Below, one piece after another: positions 47,052-60,372 of a stretch of DNA of 64,000 nt (positions are counted from its first letter, which is position 1; each line of letters opens with the position of its first letter). The notes beneath the pieces were generated by a model. The model was given only the letters and a program-made list of their open reading frames with translations, had not been told where the DNA came from and did no database searches. Both the position numbers and the translations under genes were made by a program. The stretch comes from Octopus sinensis (Eukaryota). Location of the stretch: assembly GCF_006345805.1 (NCBI RefSeq), contig NC_042998.1, positions 100,440,001-100,504,000 of the forward strand, in the 5' to 3' direction.

Positions 47052-47438
47052 TTAACCCTTTAGTGTTAAAACAGGCCACATCTAGTGCAAATATCCTTGC
47101 TTGAGGGTTTTATGTTCAAACAGGCCAGATCTAGCTGCTCACATCTACTCTAGAATGTCATTCCAAAAATATACAATCACATCATTGAAATCTCAAAGCT
47201 ATGAGCTAATGCATGATTACCTGAAAACAATGTGAATAATAAGTGTTGCATTTGACAGAGTAATCTGCATGCTAAAGAGGGTCTAAATTAAAACATCCAT
47301 CAAAATTTCATACTGTCTTATGTTTCAAACACCAGATTAATAATGATAAAATTATTTTCCTAAATTCTTCATTATTTTAAAATTAATTAAACAAACGCAG
47401 TGTATATTTAAACAGAAATATGGTAACAAAAGGGTTAA
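47052..47438. mobile_element. piggyBac-type MITE(s) between TTAA sites
   Basis: TTAA-ccctttag at 47052; gtaacaaaaggg-TTAA at 47423-47438; internal TIR-like gctaaagaggg at 47271-47281. Confidence 0.7.
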
Positions 47439-48329
47439 GTTATAAATTCAATTTCCTGAAATTTGCTCTTTTCTTCTTTGAGAGTTGCTCACAATTACTG
47501 CTAGAGGTTGTTTTATTTTTATTTTTGTAGGGGAATATTTCACTAGCTGAAAGGGAAAAATTTAATCAAGAATTTTTTATTTTGTACAAGTATTCAGATA
47601 TCACCCTGTAACTTTAGTTTACTTAAGATAGAACAAGTAATTTACAATACGGTTTGAAGTAGGACATGAGGTTTAGTTAAGACAGCAGAAACAATTTGCA
47701 GTATAGTTCAGTTAAGAACCAATTTACTTAAATATTTGAGTTTGGGACAGAACTGCATCATGTCTCTCTAACCATTTAAAACCGAAGAAAAGTAAATCTG
47801 TACTTATAAAATAATCTTTGCACATAATAATGTAATTTATTTAGATGTTGTCACTTTCAACAGAGAAAAACAGTTCAAATCCAATAGAGATTAAATTATA
47901 TCTATAAATTAAATCTGCCTAAACAGGAATGAAGTTATAATATGAGACAATCACAAAGATTATCTATCAGTATAAGAGTCAGCAAAAACAAACTTCACCA
48001 GAAATGCTATTTGACTATAGAATAACGTAGCAAACAATTTTTGTTTTATAATTACAATGTTCCAACATTTAAAGTATCAAGTAGCATGAAATGAGAGGTA
48101 GGTTCTTGACAATCTAGTTTTGGTGTGCAGCTGAAAGGCATGAACTTCAAACTGTCTCCATTCTTCCTTAGCTAACATTGCAAAACAGAGACCACTTTGC
48201 TTTTACATTTTAACTTTTATTGTATAATCAGTAAATTGATAGATCATCATAAAAAACAGCTAACAGACGAAAAAGCTTGACAAACACTGATGTTGTATAC
48301 ATCATATTTTGTTTCTGGTTACTCTTCTT

Positions 48330-48825
48330 GCAGGAATCTTGCAGGCAATGACCAAGACCTTTGGCACTATGTTCTGCTTGAGAAGAAGACCCATCAAGCC
48401 AAGTAAAATCACAGTTGTGGCAGATACTGGTGTCATGCCAGTGGCACATAAAAAGCACCTTTCAAGCGTTGGGCCTCACAGAGGCAAAGACCAAGACCAT
48501 TTGGCATTATACTGTGCTTCGAGCACTGGGCCTCACAGAGCAATGACTAAGTCCATTTGGCATTATGCCAGGCTTGAGAAGACCCATCAATCCAAGTAAA
48601 ACTGCAGTTGTGGAAGATACCGGTATCACACAAATAGCACCTATGCCAGTAGCATGTAAAAGCACCCATTACACTCTCAGAGTGGTTGGTGTTAAGAAGG
48701 GCATCCAGCCATAGAAACCATTCAAAAACAGACTGGAGTTTGGTGTAGCCTTCCAGCTTGCCAGCCCTGGACAAACCATCCAACCCATGCCAGCATAGAC
48801 AACGGATGTTAAATGATGATGATGA
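48330..48825 (+). mobile_element. RTE 3' end with internally duplicated modules
   Basis: Two tgggcctcacagag...ccatttggcattat copies; ccaacccatgccagcat; (TGA)n. Confidence 0.8.
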
Positions 48826-49359
48826 CGTTGCAGTCCTGCCCTTTCCCATCAGTTTCAAATGCCTTGCAAAAAGATCATAGATGCTGCTTCTTTGTCTGAC
48901 TAACTCATAAATTATTTTAATTTCTAATTTTTTTTTTTTTTCTGTGCAGTAAAAATAAAAAAATCTCAAAGATCCAGCAATCACTGATACACCAGTGCTG
49001 CTCAAAGGCGTAATAATGAATTCTTATTTTGGTACAAGGCCACACATTTATAAAAGCCGCATAATCAATTTAGTTCTGTAATCAGCATTTAACTGGTATT
49101 CATTTTATCAACACTACAAAGCTGAAAGGGTAAGTCAGCTGTGGATTTATTTATAATGACAGTAATTATAACAATGATTTCTACTATAGGCACAAAGTCA
49201 CACATTTTGTGGGAAGATACAGTTGATTAAATCAACTTGTACTTTTTCTGACCCAGAAAAGCTGAAAAGTAAAACTGATACTAGCAGTGTCAATTTTACT
49301 TTTACTTTACTAAATGTAAAAAAAAAAAACAAAAAAAAATGTAACTAAATACTGCTCAC

Positions 49360-49610
49360 ACTGGAGACAAATACCGCAAAATGGGGTGAAGCGAGGAGAA
49401 GAGAAACAGGAATTCACCACCAAAGAAAAGTGCATTTGACAGAAGGGAAAACTAGTAGTGCCAGTAGAGAACTCCTTCAAATTCAGTCGCTGCATTTGTG
49501 ACCACCACACCTGTGTGGCCTCAGTAGCCACAGCAGATGCTGTGCGAACAGCAGCAGCTGACACAATTTCTGTGGGTGCAGATACTTGGTCTCTCGAGAC
49601 CAATGGATGC
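49360..49610 (-). CDS. Candidate host exon (HPLVSRDQVSAPTEIVSAAAVRTASAVATEATQ...), product unknown
   Basis: Non-repetitive GC-richer island, acceptor ttataatAG before 49610, possible donors GTGTGG (about 49510) or GTGAGC (49359); one open frame; no recognisable domain. Confidence 0.35.
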
Positions 49611-49694
49611 CTATTATAACAATTCTGCCAGTTTGACATCTTGATAATAATAATTATAATAACAATTCATCATCATCATTATTATCATCTTCAT

Positions 49695-49910
49695 CAAAGT
49701 GGCAAGCTGGCAGAATTGTTAGCATGCCAGGCAGCAATATTTTATCTGTCTTCACATTCTGAGTTCAAATGCCGCCAAGATCAACTTTGCCTTTCATCCT
49801 TTTGGGCTTGATAAAATAAATACCAGTCAAGTACTGGGGTTGATGTAACCAACTATGCGCCTCCCCCAAATTTCAGGCCTTGTGCCTGTAATAGAAAGGA
49901 TTATTATTAT
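49695..49910 (+). mobile_element. Core-type SINE with (ATT)n tail
   Basis: ggcaagctggcagaattgttagc...gagttcaaatgcc...ctttgcctttcatcctttggg. Confidence 0.85.
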
Positions 49911-51108
49911 TGATTGATAAGGTAGACCATACAAAATCTGTCATGAGTATGTGAATGTTTATCTTCTGTTCTTCACGTGAAAATCATTGAGCTATGGACA
50001 GTGATATTTGTTGACATTTTCCTGTCAACAAATTGTCCAATAGCTCTGCAATTTTGAAGACAGGGGAAATGAAAGCTCCTTTACTTAAAAAACAGGTAAT
50101 GGATAGTGAGGGAGAGAAAACCTGGTAAGCTATGCCATGATAAGGAAAAAACACACACTCTCTCACTCCTACCAAAACATTTCTAAAGAAATGATCTTAA
50201 AACTATGTATTGTATCTATAAATGAATGAAGAAAACATAAAAAAAGAAGAATCATTTGAATGTGACAGACTAAAAACATTACAACAGAAAGAAACATTTT
50301 CTTAATAGCCTTTATCATTGTAATTATATTTAAATGTTTACATATGAGAGAAATATGCCTCCAGTCATATTAACTTTTAATTTATACATACCAAAAGTGG
50401 TGGAGTGGTGGAGTGGTGGATTGGTGGAGTTGTTTGAGTATAGGATAAAATATCTTGTAATAAGTTATGTTCTATTAAATCCTATTGAGGTTAACTTCGC
50501 TGTTCATCTTTCTAGGAACAATAAAATAAAGTACTAGACTATGCATCTCCCGCAAATAAGAGACCTTGCAAGAAACCCATATACATACATACACACATCA
50601 AACATCCATACACATACATGGACTCATACACAAACATATATACACATTATATCTATAATTGGTTTCTGAAAGGTTTCCTAAGTTCAGTCCTTTCTGTCTT
50701 AAAGCTACACAGGTTTATGGGTAGTTTAACTTTAAGGTAATATAATCCCAATACTTCATTGGAGAAGCAGATTGGTCAAGATAGTCAAAATATAAGACAG
50801 CCAGCTTACCAGTCTCGAGTTCAAACCCAATGCAATTATTTTGCTGCATATTTAGATAGATCACTTTGTTCTAAGAGCTTCAGTTCATCTCACTGCCAAG
50901 AATGTTTATGTCATTTAGTTCCAAGATACCTCTGATGAAAAAGACCAATGATCAAAACTATTCCAGTCTCAACCCCTGTCATATTTTCATTTAGAGAGTG
51001 TATATATAAGACTACAATATCTAATACGTACTTCTTTTTCGAAGACAGAATGGTGTAATATGAGAGAGATTTGGTTGATATTTCAAGCAGGATGAATAAC
51101 ACTTAGAG

Positions 51109-51270
51109 CAGTAGTTCCCAACCTGGGGTCCATGGACCCCTGGTGATCTGCAAAGGTAGTAATGGGGGTCTGTGAACTAAATTCAAAATTTCATACATAT
51201 TTATATACACATAAGGATAAGCATATTAAAAGGGATCCATGAGAAAACTCATTTAAGTAAAAGTGTCAAG
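51109..51270. mobile_element. Possible hAT-type MITE (left end only clear)
   Basis: cagtagttcccaacctggggtccatggacccc resembles hAT MITE termini; right TIR degenerate. Confidence 0.35.
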
Positions 51271-53039
51271 AATAGTTATCAGATCTGAGAATAATATATG
51301 CAATGGGCTGGCATCCTATCCAGAGAATAATTTCTCATCTATTAATGTAATAGATATATTTTAGAACAAAGTACTTTACACATTGTCTCAACTCATCTTA
51401 TTCTCAGGTCTACGAAAAATTATCTGCAAAGACATGTGCTCCATCTATTTAATGACATAAAACCCGAGCAAAGCACTGACTCTTAAATGCTCCTCTAGGT
51501 AACATGAGATTATAGTTTATATACACACCAAAGGGACCCAGTGAAGAACTAACTTTCACTAAAGCTACATCTGCTCTACAAAAAAAAAATCAGTTTCCTT
51601 AAATGTCATATTATATACACATACATGGCACATGTGCATACAAATATTTACATGCACACTGTATAATGTTGATGTCATTAATCAAGAAAAAGTACTTAAA
51701 ATAGGAAAAAAATGTTTACTGGTTTGTTTGAAATTGAATGTTTATGAATTTCTTGCCAAGTGGTTGTCAAATACTTGGGCTTTCTTTATTTGAGATATTC
51801 AGTTATCTGATGAACATTTGGCAAAGAACCTTGAGCTATGGAGGGAGTGACCCAGGAAATTTAAATAGGCCAAAACACACATACACCATATACAGTCTAT
51901 TTTATTTTGTGTAAAAAAGGAAAAAAGTTTACTGCATGATATCTAATATTTATTTACAAACAGTTAATCTTTTCCTGAAATTTCAAGCTCTGATAATTAT
52001 CTTGGCTTTTCCCTTGAACATGGAAGAAGATAACAGATATCTCCTTCTGAACAGGCTGAAAAGTCTATTAGAAGCTAACTTCTCACATAGTCTGAAGCAG
52101 TTTGAAGTAACTTCTATACCTGTAGCTAGATTTGAACTTCATTAGAGATATTGCTAAGTATTCATGATATGCATTTAAAGTTGGTACTTCAATCTATGCA
52201 ACCAATATATTTCTTTATCATACATGACCTTCTAATTCATTTTAACTATTTTTTTTTTTAGTTGTTTAAGATGGAGGGGTTGAACCCAAGATCATCATAG
52301 TTCTCTGAGACTAGTGAGATTTATATAATTGATATTCAGCTAGAATATCAAAATGCCAATGTCTGGTGGAAAAATGTGAAGAGAGGTAATTCCAGTGAGT
52401 TATCACTGAGGAGGAGGGATTCAGCATAATGATTAGAGTATCAAGTAAGGCAACAGGGGGAAGAGAGATGGATTAGTCCAGTGAGTTTTGGTAGAGATGG
52501 TGTACAAGTTGCTAGTTCAGAGAAGTAGAGGCCAATATAGTAGAGCCAAGGCTATCATTTTGAATAAAATAGTAGAGCCACAGCTATCATTTTGAATAAA
52601 ATCGTTTTTTTTCCACTAGGCCTTGTTTCCAGGGGAAAGGTATAGTTAACTGAATGAACCCAAGAGTATTAACTTACATTCATAAAACTCAAATATTCAT
52701 AAGACTTAACTCCAGCTTCTCTGGTATTTAGCAGGAGGAAAATCTTTCCCTGGAGAGGATGCCAGTTTGTCACATGTACATCTGGTCTGTATTCTCAAAA
52801 TAAAGTGTCATACCTATACACAGAGTAAAATACATGATGTGGATTTGAACTCTTCAACATTACCATAATAATCAATTATTTTATCCACAGACATTTCAAT
52901 TGACCAACCCCAAAGTGTAGGATGGCGAAGACCAGTTTTAACCTCAAAATGTAACCAGATAAGTCTTGGTACTATAATGATTCAGTGTTTCTGCACTATC
53001 ATTTCTGTCATTCCTTATAATAATATATAATGAGATTAT

Positions 53040-53945
53040 TGTATGCAGTGCTCAGGTGCACCACAACTTGTCAGAAAGTGTGTATAGAGTATATGCAGTA
53101 ATGTACAAATGTCTGGAAAGCGAACAATGTATGAGTCAGATACATGCTTGTGTGTGTATGGAGGGGAGAAAATCAGGTGTAGTGTTGGCGAATCTCAGAA
53201 AGCATGGAAGTTTTGAAAAAATGTTTCCTAAAGTCACGGGAGCTGTGCTGTTTTCTGACTTTGTAAATATGTCCACGGGTGTTAGACGGGTGGAGTTTGA
53301 AAAGGTGCTCAGAGTTATTGTTTGTAAGATGGTTGATAATTTTATGGATGTCTGCCAAGTCAGCTGCCAGACGTCGGAGTTTCAATGTGTCCATGCCCAG
53401 GAAAGTAAGGCATTCAGAATATGACAAATGCCTGATGGAGGGTATTGTTTTGGTTGCACGTCGCTGAACAGCTTCCAGACGATTAATATCCTGGGCAAGA
53501 TAGGGGTTCCAGACCGGTGATGCAAATTCCAGGTGAGGTCTTACCATAGCTATATAAAGCTGCAGATAGATAGTTGGAAAGCAGCTCACAAAGGATTTGG
53601 TGAGTGATGCTAAGACACCCTCAACCTTTTTGACAATTTTAGCGATGTGTTTTGTCCAATGCAAATCACTGTCGACAATAACACCCAGGTCACGTTCACA
53701 TGAAGATTTTTTGAGATTAGTGTTGTGGAGGGAGTAGGTGGACGCTGGGTTTCTCCTCCCAAAATGCATGGTGGTACATTTGTCAACAGCCAGCTTGAGT
53801 TGCCAGTCCATGATCCACTGCTGCATTGTGTCCAGGTCTGCTTGCAATAGAGATCTATAGTGTACAGGATCTGACCTCTTTATTTTGAGGTACAGCTTGA
53901 TGTCATCTGCATATTTCAGCACTGTGGCATTATTTCCACACTGGC
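53040..53945 (-). mobile_element. 5'-truncated CR1 LINE (RT C-terminus to 3' UTR)
   Basis: YADDIK, ERDLGV, VRPHLEFASPVWNP, LEAVQRRATK, TRGH in ORF 53173-53976. Confidence 0.92.
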
Positions 53946-54539
53946 CTAAATTACATAATGCAGGTAGAATTAACAAAGTGAATTTGTCAGACTAAGTTAC
54001 AAATAAATAATAAAAAAAAAAAAATTCAAAAGATCTTGCTGTGATAAGTACTAAAGAAAACACCTGTATCAATGGCATTTTTCATGCCCTATTTGGTATG
54101 GAGTCTAATAAAAATTTGCAAGCCATAAATGACTGAACAATTTATGAAATGTTGAATGGAAATAAAGGTCAAAGGAAATTAACAAAGAACATGTTAGTAT
54201 TAATAAAATATTAAGTAACATGTTAGCAACTATCTTACAAACAGCAGGGAATACAAGATTTAAATCAGTGGGAATTTTTTATATAAATAATTTCTAACAA
54301 AAGTACAAGGTTGCAAACTGAGAATGAATAGGAGTAATTAATTGATTAAATAACTTCCAGTACCAGACTTTTATAATAATGTCTTGTCTATTTTAATGAA
54401 GGGAGAGATTTAATTACTATTTCTTTCAGGTTGAGTGATATTAAGCTGTGACATAAGACATTACAAAACTATTTTAAGAAACAAAACAGGACAACAATGA
54501 GTAGGTTACACTCAAAGCTGACTGATGCTTTCAACAGAT

Positions 54540-54900
54540 TTTCCTCTAACACAGATAACACTCATAATCAATAGGCCAAAAGATGGACCTTCTGACTGGA
54601 GGAATGCGTCCCTTTCACACATAGCAAAAAATGGGTATTTCAATCTGATCAGATGAAAACTAAGACATGACAGAAGTCAAGCAGTAATAAATAATGGAGG
54701 TGATCATATTCACCACTTTTGTCAGGCTTTTCAGTGAGTGTCCTCTGGGTAGGACTGGTTATTCTGATCATAGCCTAATTCCAGATTTTAGCCAATGGGA
54801 GATGTGGCTGAAACCATACTCCAGGCATCTTAACAGGACCACTGGTCCAGCAACCCATATTTCTGGCTGATGCGGCCTTGCATCATCAGATAACAAGCTT
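54540..54900 (-). mobile_element. Decayed Tx1-like (L1 clade) LINE fragment
   Basis: WTSGPVKMPGVWFQPHL and KGRIPPVRRS resemble the post-RT segment W.DGPVK.LGVWFGPDL...WKG..P.VRR. Confidence 0.55.
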
Positions 54901-55218
54901 CAAACCCATTAACTTTTATTTGGTTAATGCATGCTCAAGCAACCATTCTGTACAGCAGTAATAATTCTAACAAAGGTGCATGGCCATCAATTTAGGGAAC
55001 AGTCAATAAAAATGATCCCAGTACTTGACTGGTGCATATTTTACTGACCTAGGAATGATGAAATTTAAATTTAATTTCATTAAGATTTTAACTCTAAATA
55101 TAGATGGAAGCAGGATTATCATAAAGGTGTAAAATCTTTCAAATACTTTGTTAAGTGTGAACAATGTCTTTCAAAAAGGAGAAAATTTTGCCAACACACC
55201 TTAAAACTGCTTGATTAA

Positions 55219-56296
55219 CCCTTTCGTTACCAAACCGCCCAAAGCTGCCCGAAAAACATTTTGGTTAATGTCACCAAACCCGCCCGTATTTACCTATTCA
55301 TATTTAAATGAGAATATCAGAGCAAATCTCTTTAGTACATTCGTGAAAACAAGTGATTATACTTCGTAAACAGTTCATCTACAGTTTTGTACAACGATCG
55401 AAGTGTAATTTTAATTCCGTGAATTTTGGGAGATTTTTTTCCGAAATTTGTTCCTATTGTGTTTTCAAAATTTGTAATTCTGACAAAAAATGGATACGAA
55501 TTTCATTATATCAAGCAGCGAGTCAGAATTCGAAGGATTTTCTACTGAAGACCTTCATAAATCTAACTCTATGACTGAAAAAAAAAGGCACGTGGTATTT
55601 GATAATGAATCTGATGTTTCATTTTCTGAAAGTGAAAACAGTGAATCCGAGAGCTCCAACAGCGATAAAGAAAATGAATTGGCACCTGAATGGAGTGAAA
55701 ATTTAAAAACTGTTTCTTTCGGTGACTTTTCTGAAGAAACTGGACCAAGCCACAATCTTTCCCAGGAGAGTAAAGCCTTAGACTATTTCTTTTTACTTTT
55801 TCGAATGAGCCTATTTGAAATCATTACGGCGGAAACGAACCGTTACGCTAAATGTAAACAAAGCGAAAGAAAGGATAGTTAGTGGTTTCCCACAACCTTA
55901 AATGAAATTAAGACTATTTTGCCATAAATATTATTATGGGTATCAGAAAGTCACCCAGAATAACAAATTCTATCGTAAAATTTTGTTGTATACCCAATTG
56001 AATATTAGCTAATAGCCCATTTTCTATAGCGATGTTTGAACAAAATTTTAATAATTTTATATTTTGTTGAATTTACCTGTATCTACCTGCAATTAGAGTC
56101 ACTTTGTGACAAGAATTATAGTATAGAATTGGTTGAGAACATTTCATTAAATTATCTTCCAAAAATCACATTAATACATTGATAAATAAAAAAGTTATAG
56201 TTGTTTAATGAAACCAGACTAAATTTATGATTATGTTAGAAATTAATTGAAACACATAAGGGGTGTATTTTGGTCAGAAATATAGTAACGAAAGGG
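55219..56296 (+). mobile_element. Internally deleted piggyBac transposon
   Basis: Perfect 12-bp TIRs CCCTTTCGTTAC / GTAACGAAAGGG; TTAA at 55215-55218 and 56297-56300; 1078 bp. Confidence 0.92.
55490..55965 (+). pseudogene. piggyBac transposase N-terminal remnant
   Basis: Acidic N-terminus, LDYFFLLF, ETNRYA, stop, then WFPTTLNEIK..IIMGI; catalytic DDD core absent. Confidence 0.85.
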
Positions 56297-56764
56297 TTAA
56301 ACTGAATCAAACATACATGCACAGGCATGCATGCACTCACACACTGTTTTAAAAAAATGTTGTTTTGCAGGTTCCAAACATTCTAATGCAATATGAAATA
56401 GGAGCAATAGATCAAAGTATACTGTTAGAGCAATATGGAAGTTTGCAGAAATTATATAATTATATGATTATATGATAGCAAAGGAGAATGGGCACCAGCC
56501 AGCCCAAAGGTTGCTGTGGCGTTAAGGTAGATCTGGGCACCCCTGTTAATGGGGACAAAACCCAGATTTAAAACACTGGATGATGATGATGATGATGATG
56601 ATGGTAATGATGATAGGAGCAGGTATGATTGTAACTAAGTTTGCTTCCCAGCCATGTGTTTTTTGGTCCCATAGGAGGGCACCATGGGCAAGCTTTCTAT
56701 TATAGCTCTAGGTCAACCAAAGCCTTGTGAGTGAATTTGGTAGATGGAAACTGAAGGAAGCTCA

Positions 56765-56808
<44 letters not shown>

Positions 56809-57713
56809 ATGCAGGTGTTTGTTCATGTGTACTCATGTCTTAACACCATAAGATAGTTGTAAATGAACACCATGATCATACAAGCAAAAAATGATGAAAC
56901 CTGGGAAAATATTACCTTCCCTGAAAACAGGTGAAGGTTGGCAACAAGTAGAGCATCCAGCTGTAGAAAATCTACCTCAACAAATTTTCTGACCCATGCG
57001 AGCATGAAAAAGTGGACATTAAATGTTCATATTGATGACATGGAAAAATTTCACTTACATTACTGAATTTGGAGTCCTTGTTCAGCATTCCTCTTTTATA
57101 AAATTAGAGTTACATACTGCAATAAAAGATAAAAAGAAACTATTAATTAAAAAAATTAATTGCAATTACTTTATTTTTCAATATTGGAGACATTGATACC
57201 ATAGAGCAGCATATCACTAGAGAGCATAATTTAAATGGAGAGAAAGAAACAAAGTAGGGGAAAATATAAGCAGAGGAAAAGAAAGAGACAGACACAAACA
57301 CATGCGCAGGCACACACACACACAAAGTTAATGGCTCTCAAAACAGAAAATAATTATACAAGAGGGAGAAAATAGCCAAATCACAGAGAAACCTGAATGA
57401 ACTAGATTTCTAGATATAGCAGAGTCTATAAAGTTCAAGCATATACAGAGAGCAAGAATGAAAACAAGAATGGAGACATGGGCAGAGCAAGAAGGAGACA
57501 TACATGATCACAGAAGTAACATTATAGTGAAGGATGAAGAAGAGGTGGCAAGAAAGACTGGCAGAGGTAGTGACAAAGAGAATAGCAAGACAAGGAAGGA
57601 TCCACTATGTGGTTACTAATCTACTACAAATATCAGTCAAGTCTACCTCAAATCACACGCTAATGTTTTATATAACTGAAAGATAACTTGCATAATTTAG
57701 TCCTCAATACAAT

Positions 57714-57717
<4 letters not shown>

Positions 57718-57773
<56 letters not shown>

Positions 57774-57797
57774 GAGAGAGAAAAGGAAAGAGAGAGG
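57718..57797. repeat. (GA)n microsatellite
   Basis: Direct reading. Confidence 0.95.
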
Positions 57798-59682
57798 TGA
57801 TGGTCACAGCTGGAACACTTTTGATCACAGATCTACTTGATAATGGCTAACAACAGCTATATCTATTACAACAATATTTTGCCAGTTTATAAATAGTACA
57901 GAACTTAAGCAAAGACATATACAGAGTATCACTAGTCTTTTGTATTGATTTTTTTTATATAAATAATATATCATCCAAAGAATAGTCACTTATATAGTTA
58001 ATTGGTATGTTTATTAAATGATTTGTTTTCAAGGACTCTGAAAATGTAGATCTGTCAATATAGTGTAGGTGTGGAATTTGTGCATCTGTTAATAAACATT
58101 CAAAGAACAGCTGCATGGTGGGACTAAGGGGGGAAATTCCATGAAGCATTGTCATGACAGTAGCAACAGAATTAAATGAAAAGTCAAATATCTCCAGTAA
58201 AGCTTACAGTCTATGAAAACAGTGACGTTTCAGGTAGACAAAGTCTATCAGATAATAAAAAACAACTATTTCAAAAATGGTTGACAACTGACAAAGAAAA
58301 AAGAACACAACTGATTTATATCTATCTCTCACCAAGAAGGGCATCTAATCATAGAAACCATGTGAAAGCAGACGACAGGAGTTCGGCACAATCCTCAGGC
58401 TTGGGCAACCCATACCAGTAAAGAGAATGGTGATCTCAGACTAACTACGGTTTGTTCAGATACATAGTGAAAACAATGTATGAAAAAATTTCTTAATGAG
58501 TGAAAATTTTGCCTCAAAGTAGGAGAAAGAAAACAAATAAGAGACCTGGTGGTAATTGTAAGCAAAAAGAAATGGGGGAAATAATTTTAATTAATAATTC
58601 ACTTTACAAGAAATTGAATTTCATAATTTGGAAAAAAATCTAAGCAAAGGTGACAGTTATAGATTTGTTTCCGCCTTATTAAACTTCATCAGAAGAGCAT
58701 AGCATTTCTCTGCTCTAATTAGGGAGCAGATTTTTTTATAAGGTCTACTAAAAACATACAAACATTTAAAAATTATCTGAGGTCAAATGAAACTAAATCA
58801 TAACTACAGTTGTCACCTTACCTGCCAACAAAGATTAGAACTTGGAAATTCAGTTTTCTGTAACAGTATTTTTTTAATTTCTTGATATAATCTCTCTTAT
58901 CATGTGTGTATACCCCAGATTTTAGAATAGGCACAGTGTATCCCTGTGTGTTCCTAATGATACGTCTAAAAGGATTGACAGTAAAACACTGCTACTAAAA
59001 GTCTTATCTAAACCATCCCATCATGAAAAAGCAGACGTAAAATTGACAACGATGCAATGAGGGCATTGCTTTCCATTTAACTATGTGTTTTTTATGTATG
59101 TTAGTTTGTACATCACAACCTACCTGAATAATCTAAATTCATACTATTGACCCTCTTGAGTTATTTCTCTTAATTCATTTTTTTAAAATTTGAATTACAG
59201 ATGAGGGAAAGCCAGAAGGAAATTGATCAGATGTTATTACTTAGGAACATAGAACAAATTCAAAAACCTAGTCTTTAGTTACCCAACAATGTTAATAGTA
59301 GTAAATAATAAATATCAAGAAAAAATATTTTCTTTCGCTTACAATATCTTGCTTGCAGAAAGTTAACCCTATCTCAAACCTCAAAAGAAATATTGAAATA
59401 GTATTTAAATTCGGGTTTTCTGGCCAGGACTCTAATCTGTTAGATTTTCCCAGATATTTTCAAAACATTTTGGATAGCTAAGTACACAGAAGTAACAAAA
59501 ATGAAATATCAAACACAGAGATACAATGAAATGCTTAGCAAGGATTTGAATTCATTAACTCGTCATTAGTTTCTTTATCTGTTCCATTATTTTATCATCT
59601 CACTTAAGCTGAGTAGATTTTAGTTTATAGATTTTAATTTAATGCTGGGTCAATATTTACATTGGGAGTGCTGGACTGAGTC

Positions 59683-60372
59683 ATCATCATCATCATAATC
59701 GTTTAACGTCCATTTTCTATGCTTTTATAGGTTGGACGGTTTGACCAAGGTCTGGAGAGCCAGCAGCTGCACCAGGCTCCAATCTGATCTGGCAAGGTTT
59801 CTACAACTGGATGCCCTTCCTAATGCCAACCACTCCGAGTGTGTAGTAGGTGCTTTTTATGTACCACCAGCACGGGAGCCAGTCAGGTGACACTGGTCAC
59901 AGCTACGATATTGGTTTTACTTGACTAAACAGGTCTTCTCAAGCATATCATATCCATCAGGAGTATTCTTAACAGGGCTGCAATCTCACTTTAGTTGCCA
60001 GGGCTTCTCAATCACAAGAAATCTCCAAAGGTCCCGGTCTCGTGTCATTGCCTCTGTGAAGCCTAATGTTCGACGGTTATGCTTCACAACCTTAGCCTAT
60101 GTCTTCCTGGATCTACCTATTCCACAGGTTCCTTCTATAGTTAGGGAGTGGCACTTCCTCACACAGCTGTCTTCAATCATATGTAACACATGGCCATACC
60201 AGCACAGACGCCTCTCTTGCACACCACATTTGATGCTTTTTATGCCCAACCTTTCTCTCAGGGCACTTACACTCTGTTGTGTATGCACACTGACATTACA
60301 CATCCAGCAGATAATACTAGCTTCATTTCTTTCAAGCCTATGCATGTCCTCAGCATTCAATATCATGTTTTC
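59683..60372 (-). mobile_element. 5'-truncated RTE LINE
   Basis: ORF 60097-60366 AEDMHRLERNEAS...GVQERRLCWYGHV; 3' end with (ATC)n at about 59683. Confidence 0.9.

Noticed and set aside
52537-52600. 32-bp tandem duplication
   Set aside because: Ordinary slippage duplication with no further structure
57450-57620. 53-aa purine-rich plus-strand ORF
   Set aside because: GA-rich low complexity, no splice context or domain
58660-58700. Hammerhead-like motif on minus strand (CTGATGA-agtttaataaggcg-GAAAC)
   Set aside because: Core boxes present but stem II is mismatched and I could not build stems I and III; at most a decayed relic
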